Shown in pieces: positions 61,901-64,000 of a stretch of 64,000 nucleotides of DNA. Each line of letters opens with the position of its first letter. Within the stretch, counting starts at the first letter, position 1. The stretch covers positions 45,508,001 through 45,572,000 of the forward strand of contig CM052839.1 in assembly GCA_028534125.1 (NCBI GenBank), read 5' to 3'. Under the pieces are notes generated by a model that ran no database searches, had not been told where the DNA came from, and worked only from the letters and a program-made list of their open reading frames with translations. The DNA comes from Lama glama. Taxonomy: Eukaryota. The position numbers were made by a program, and so were the translations under genes.

Positions 61901-63054
61901 CCCCAATATTTCTACCAAACAAGCCATTTAATGATCAGTCAAGGAAGGAGTGGCGATCTCGGCGGCTGAGCCCCACGGGTGAGACGCAGGGAACCCAGCA
62001 GCAGCACCTGCAGAACAGGTGTCGGCGGTTGGCACGCTGACCCTCCTGAGAGGGCAGATGAGGACCCCTTCAAGGACGTTGACAGCTGAGACAAAAAATG
62101 GTTCAGGAAGGCTGGACTCTGAATGAAGTGTCACAAAGGGATCCTACCCACTTAATTCAACTCGGATTCTCCTCCTTATGTTTATATCATAAACACGATT
62201 CCAAATCAGCCTTAAAAAGCACTTTATGTAAGAATAAAATAAAATGCTAAATGAAAGCATGAAAAATGAAGAACACTAATTTTTATCATTACAAAGATAA
62301 CACCTGCTTGCAATAAATTCAAATAATAAAGAATGCATAGAGGTTGGCAGACTCTTTCTGTGAAGGGTCAAGCAGTAAGTATTTTCAGTTTTGCAGGCCA
62401 CATGGTCTGTCAAGCTACTCAGCCCTGCCCTGGCGCTCAAAAGCAGCCAGACAGCGCCTACAGCAGCACTCGTGGCCGCATTGCAACGGAAACGGCAGGC
62501 CAGGCCCGCGCCGCGGCGCACCGACCTGTGCTATGGGCATAAAGCGAAAGCCGCTCTCCTCGCTTTGGCCTTCCTTCCAGGTGTTCCCCCTTTTGAATCT
62601 CGCTTGTGCTCTTTCAAATCATATTCTGTGCTCCCACAATAGATGGGTTGCACATGGCTCTAATATTTTCTAGAACGAAGTGGAATCGCATTTTTAACTC
62701 CCCTTTGATAGACAATTCAAGTTCTCCACTCTGATTATTCACGCTTATAAGTATTACTCCTGTGACATCCTCTTCTACTTACCCTTGGGCTCTTGGTCCT
62801 ACAAGGGCAGCAGTGGTCAGCTGCGACACATCTGACCCCCCAATCATGACAGAGAAAAGCAATGCAAGAGGCTGAACTTGGGAGGGGGCGGAACCAGGAG
62901 ATGAGGAAAAGAGACACACACAGAGCAGGAAGGCGACGGCAGTGGGGCGGGAAGGTGGACAGCCCACAGGTACCTTCTTCAGAAACGCCGCAGCTGTCTC
63001 CCTCTTCGTTGCTGTGATCCTCTTCACCCCGTCGGGGGACTGGACACGAATTAT
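25824..63054 (-). CDS. NPLOC4: NPL4 homolog, ubiquitin recognition factor (VCP/p97-UFD1 cofactor), coding exons 2-17; 5'-partial, first coding exon outside window
   Basis: 16 exons totalling 1812 nt, from [19 protein letters not shown] to the NZF finger [25 protein letters not shown]. All GT-AG with matching phases; adding a 15-nt first exon gives the expected 608 aa. Confidence 0.98.
26240..27350 (-). mobile_element. Ancient L1 (L1M-type) 3' fragment in NPLOC4 intron 16
   Basis: T-rich degenerate L1 antisense motifs (atgaatattcttgcac, tctcttgggtaaa, tttaatttccattttt, catttgccc); boundaries approximate. Confidence 0.6.
28578..28680 (-). CDS. NPLOC4: NPLOC4 exon 16 (103 nt)
   Basis: [34 protein letters not shown]; donor |gtgagt. 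Confidence 0.96.
29872..29988 (-). CDS. NPLOC4: NPLOC4 exon 15 (117 nt)
   Basis: [39 protein letters not shown]; donor |gtgcgg. Confidence 0.96.
31077..31172 (-). CDS. NPLOC4: NPLOC4 exon 14 (96 nt)
   Basis: [32 protein letters not shown]; donor |gtaagc. Confidence 0.96.
33634..33705 (-). CDS. NPLOC4: NPLOC4 exon 13 (72 nt)
   Basis: [24 protein letters not shown]; donor |gtaagt. Confidence 0.96.
38560..38720 (+). mobile_element. Degenerate L1 ORF2 remnant
   Basis: agacccctacttcacaccacacac..aattccaggtggacc resembles the L1 ORF2 3' region. Confidence 0.5.
39150..39420 (+). mobile_element. Degenerate MLT1-type LTR 3' end
   Basis: gagctgtgaggcaataaag...gccact...atttgtcagggcagcaacagga resembles an MLT1 terminus. 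Confidence 0.5.
40246..40406 (-). CDS. NPLOC4: NPLOC4 exon 12 (161 nt)
   Basis: [23 protein letters not shown]...YVPDVFYK; donor |gtaaca. Confidence 0.96.
44570..44696 (-). CDS. NPLOC4: NPLOC4 exon 11 (127 nt)
   Basis: [42 protein letters not shown]; donor |gtatac. Confidence 0.96.
45092..45163 (-). CDS. NPLOC4: NPLOC4 exon 10 (72 nt)
   Basis: [24 protein letters not shown]; donor |gtgaga. Confidence 0.96.
46659..46763. repeat. About 54-bp tandem duplication in NPLOC4 intron 9
   Basis: tgcgg(a/g)ggacagagaa(t/c)ggtcagcgtga..cagac(c/t)caggaggatct, copies starting at 46659 and 46713. Confidence 0.85.
47076..47162 (-). CDS. NPLOC4: NPLOC4 exon 9 (87 nt)
   Basis: [29 protein letters not shown]; donor |gtactg. 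Confidence 0.96.
49275..49372. repeat. (TG)n / (TGTCTG)n microsatellite in NPLOC4 intron 8
   Basis: A TG run followed by tgtctg variants. Confidence 0.9.
49520..49699 (-). CDS. NPLOC4: NPLOC4 exon 8 (180 nt)
   Basis: [13 protein letters not shown]...[12 protein letters not shown]; donor |gtagct. Confidence 0.96.
50550..50673 (-). CDS. NPLOC4: NPLOC4 exon 7 (124 nt)
   Basis: [41 protein letters not shown]; donor |gtgaga. Confidence 0.96.
52322..52416 (-). CDS. NPLOC4: NPLOC4 exon 6 (95 nt)
   Basis: [31 protein letters not shown]; donor |gtaagc. Confidence 0.96.
53054..53235. repeat. 17-bp minisatellite, about 10.7 copies
   Basis: Unit GCAGGGACCCAGGGAGA with AAT and GGC variants. Confidence 0.95.
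53305..53353 (-). CDS. NPLOC4: NPLOC4 exon 5 (49 nt)
   Basis: [16 protein letters not shown] (zinc finger); donor |gtgagt. Confidence 0.95.
54764..54940 (-). CDS. NPLOC4: NPLOC4 exon 4 (177 nt)
   Basis: [14 protein letters not shown]...[24 protein letters not shown]; donor |gtgagt. Confidence 0.96.
56580..56830 (+). mobile_element. Degenerate L1 ORF1 remnant
   Basis: gaaatatttaaagagataagggccatgaattttctagacctga resembles old L1 ORF1 DNA. Confidence 0.45.
57655..57815 (+). mobile_element. MER58A-like hAT-Charlie DNA transposon fragment
   Basis: caggggctagcagaccttttctgtaaag..ctttgcagaccatacagtc resembles the MER58A 5' end. Confidence 0.6.
58259..58371 (-). CDS. NPLOC4: NPLOC4 exon 3 (113 nt)
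   Basis: [37 protein letters not shown]; acceptor ttttag|, donor |gtaagt. Confidence 0.96.
58590..58950 (+). mobile_element. Ancient L1 ORF1 remnant
   Basis: A-rich gaaattctacaactgaaaatacaataaatgaagtggaaaattcattgg...tttgaagaaagaatggccgaaa. Confidence 0.65.
59751..59811 (-). mobile_element. 5'-truncated L1 3' tail with degenerate TSD
   Basis: T-run plus attgagttatagtcattttacaatgttgtgtcaaattcc; flanked by acaaatagcggc (59739-59750) and acaaattgtggc (59812-59823). Confidence 0.6.
60400..60660 (+). mobile_element. Old L1M 3' end fragment
   Basis: ttccatttattttaagttccaaaacaggcaaaactaa motif. Confidence 0.5.
60675..60828 (+). mobile_element. tRNA-derived SINE of camelid (Vic-1-like) type
   Basis: GGGGGGAGGGTATAGCTC..TGGCAGAGCACATGCTTAGCATGCA..GGTTCAATCCCCAG head with Pol III A and B boxes, then ctaattacctccccc and an AT-rich tail. 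Confidence 0.8.
61385..61640 (+). mobile_element. L1MB/MC-like 3' end
   Basis: caaattcatgaagacagaaagcagaaatggtgg...gagtttccgtttgggaagatgaagaaagtctggaga...aaattttatg...cacaattaaaaaaa. Confidence 0.7.
62338..62530 (+). mobile_element. MER58A-like hAT-Charlie DNA transposon
   Basis: gaggttggcagactctttctgtgaagggtcaagcagtaagtattttcagttttgcaggccacatggtc...aaagcagccagaca. Confidence 0.7.
62974..63054 (-). CDS. NPLOC4: NPLOC4 exon 2 (81 nt)
   Basis: [27 protein letters not shown]; acceptor gacag|, donor |gtacct. Confidence 0.95.
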
Positions 63055-63355
63055 CTGTCGTAAATGACACGAGATGGTTACTGCACAGACTAGTGAGGTC
63101 CTCCCGACCTATCTCTGAAACTAGCACCTGCAGTCCTTCAGCGTTTGGGTCAGAGACTTAACGCCAAACTTCACCCTTCCTCCTCGCAACGCCCAACCCA
63201 AGGTTTCTAGAAGAGAAGCAGAGGTACAGTCACCAGCATATGGGAGGACATCCTAAGAGTACAGCCTGATTCTCAACTCCCATTGTCTCACTCAGGAAAA
63301 TACAAACTTCAATTTCTAACCCTTATTTATTCGTTTATTAAGATTATATCTGAAA

Positions 63356-63489
63356 AAGAATGTGAAAATGAATACATGTATGTTCCTATGTGCCTGAAGT
63401 ATTGTGCTATGTACCAGAAACCAACACAACGTTGTAAGCTGATTATACTTCAGTATAAATAAATGAATGTATATTTTTTAAAAAGTGAG
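63356..63489 (+). mobile_element. 5'-truncated L1 3' end with 11-bp TSD
   Basis: aagaatgtgaaaatgaatacatgtatg..tgtgctatgtaccagaaa..acacaacgttgtaagctgattatacttca; TSD TATATCTGAAA at 63345-63355 and 63490-63500. Confidence 0.75.
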
Positions 63490-64000
63490 TATATCTGAAA
63501 CACTAGCATCTTTCTCTTCAGATGTACCAAAAGGAAAAAAAATCAGGAAAAACCCACCATGAGTCATGAATGACCAAGTTCATTAGAAAAGATCTCACTT
63601 TGTTCTAGGATCCACACATAGGTTAGACTAATTTAAAAGAATCACAGGAAATCTTCTAGTTTATTTACTGTCAACAGAAAGATTAAAAGAAAAGAAATAA
63701 AAGTGTTCAATACCATGGTCAAACTTGGCAGGATTTAAAAAAAATACTTTCACAGCAAGCCTGAAACAGGTGCCAGGCCTAAAGACACTGGACAAAGAGC
63801 ACCACTTTCTAGACCTGACTTTTAGGCTGGTCACAGCCCTGCTGAAGGTGAGCTGGTCTGCCTGGCCAGCTGCACAAGGTCCTGCTTCAGCCAGGGAGCA
63901 TGGAGCAGCAAGCCCTGTCACCAACTAGACACAAGATGCTCCGCCTGCCACAGGAATGGAATGATGGACAGAAAGTGCCACAAAGTTCTCCCGCTGTAAT

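Noticed and set aside
1-64000. A novel multi-gene system, CRISPR array or prokaryotic-type operon
   Set aside because: All coding signal is explained by three known vertebrate genes in their usual order; no repeat-spacer array is present.
63055-64000. NPLOC4 first exon and promoter
   Set aside because: No CpG island and no MAESI-type start with a donor; it must lie beyond the window.

Overview
GC-rich mammalian genomic DNA, syntenic with the human 17q25.3 FSCN2-FAAP100-NPLOC4 block. A camelid-type tRNA-derived SINE near 60.7 kb suggests alpaca, llama or camel. Three spliced genes were reconstructed exon by exon with consistent splice sites and phases. FSCN2 (+, 5 coding exons, 4063-9464) is complete, 1479 nt = 492 aa. 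FAAP100 (-, 9 coding exons, 20887-12078) is complete, 2637 nt = 878 aa, and needs one GC-AG intron. NPLOC4 (-, coding exons 2-17, 63054-25824, 1812 nt) lacks its short first coding exon, which lies beyond the right edge. The rest is intron, UTR and intergenic DNA with two CpG islands, old L1/MLT1/MER58 fragments, two short L1 tails with target-site duplications, micro- and minisatellites. Most ORF-track entries are GC-content artefacts. I found no new multi-gene system. The best leads are small-scale: the FAAP100 GC donor, a 105-nt in-frame hairpin-like FSCN2 intron (retention or mirtron), a FSCN2 uORF, candidate CRX/MEF2 and HOX-PBX-MEIS enhancers, a divergent CTCF pair, and possible unproductive or NZF-less NPLOC4 splice forms. 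Repeat family names and motif calls were made by eye and need computational confirmation.
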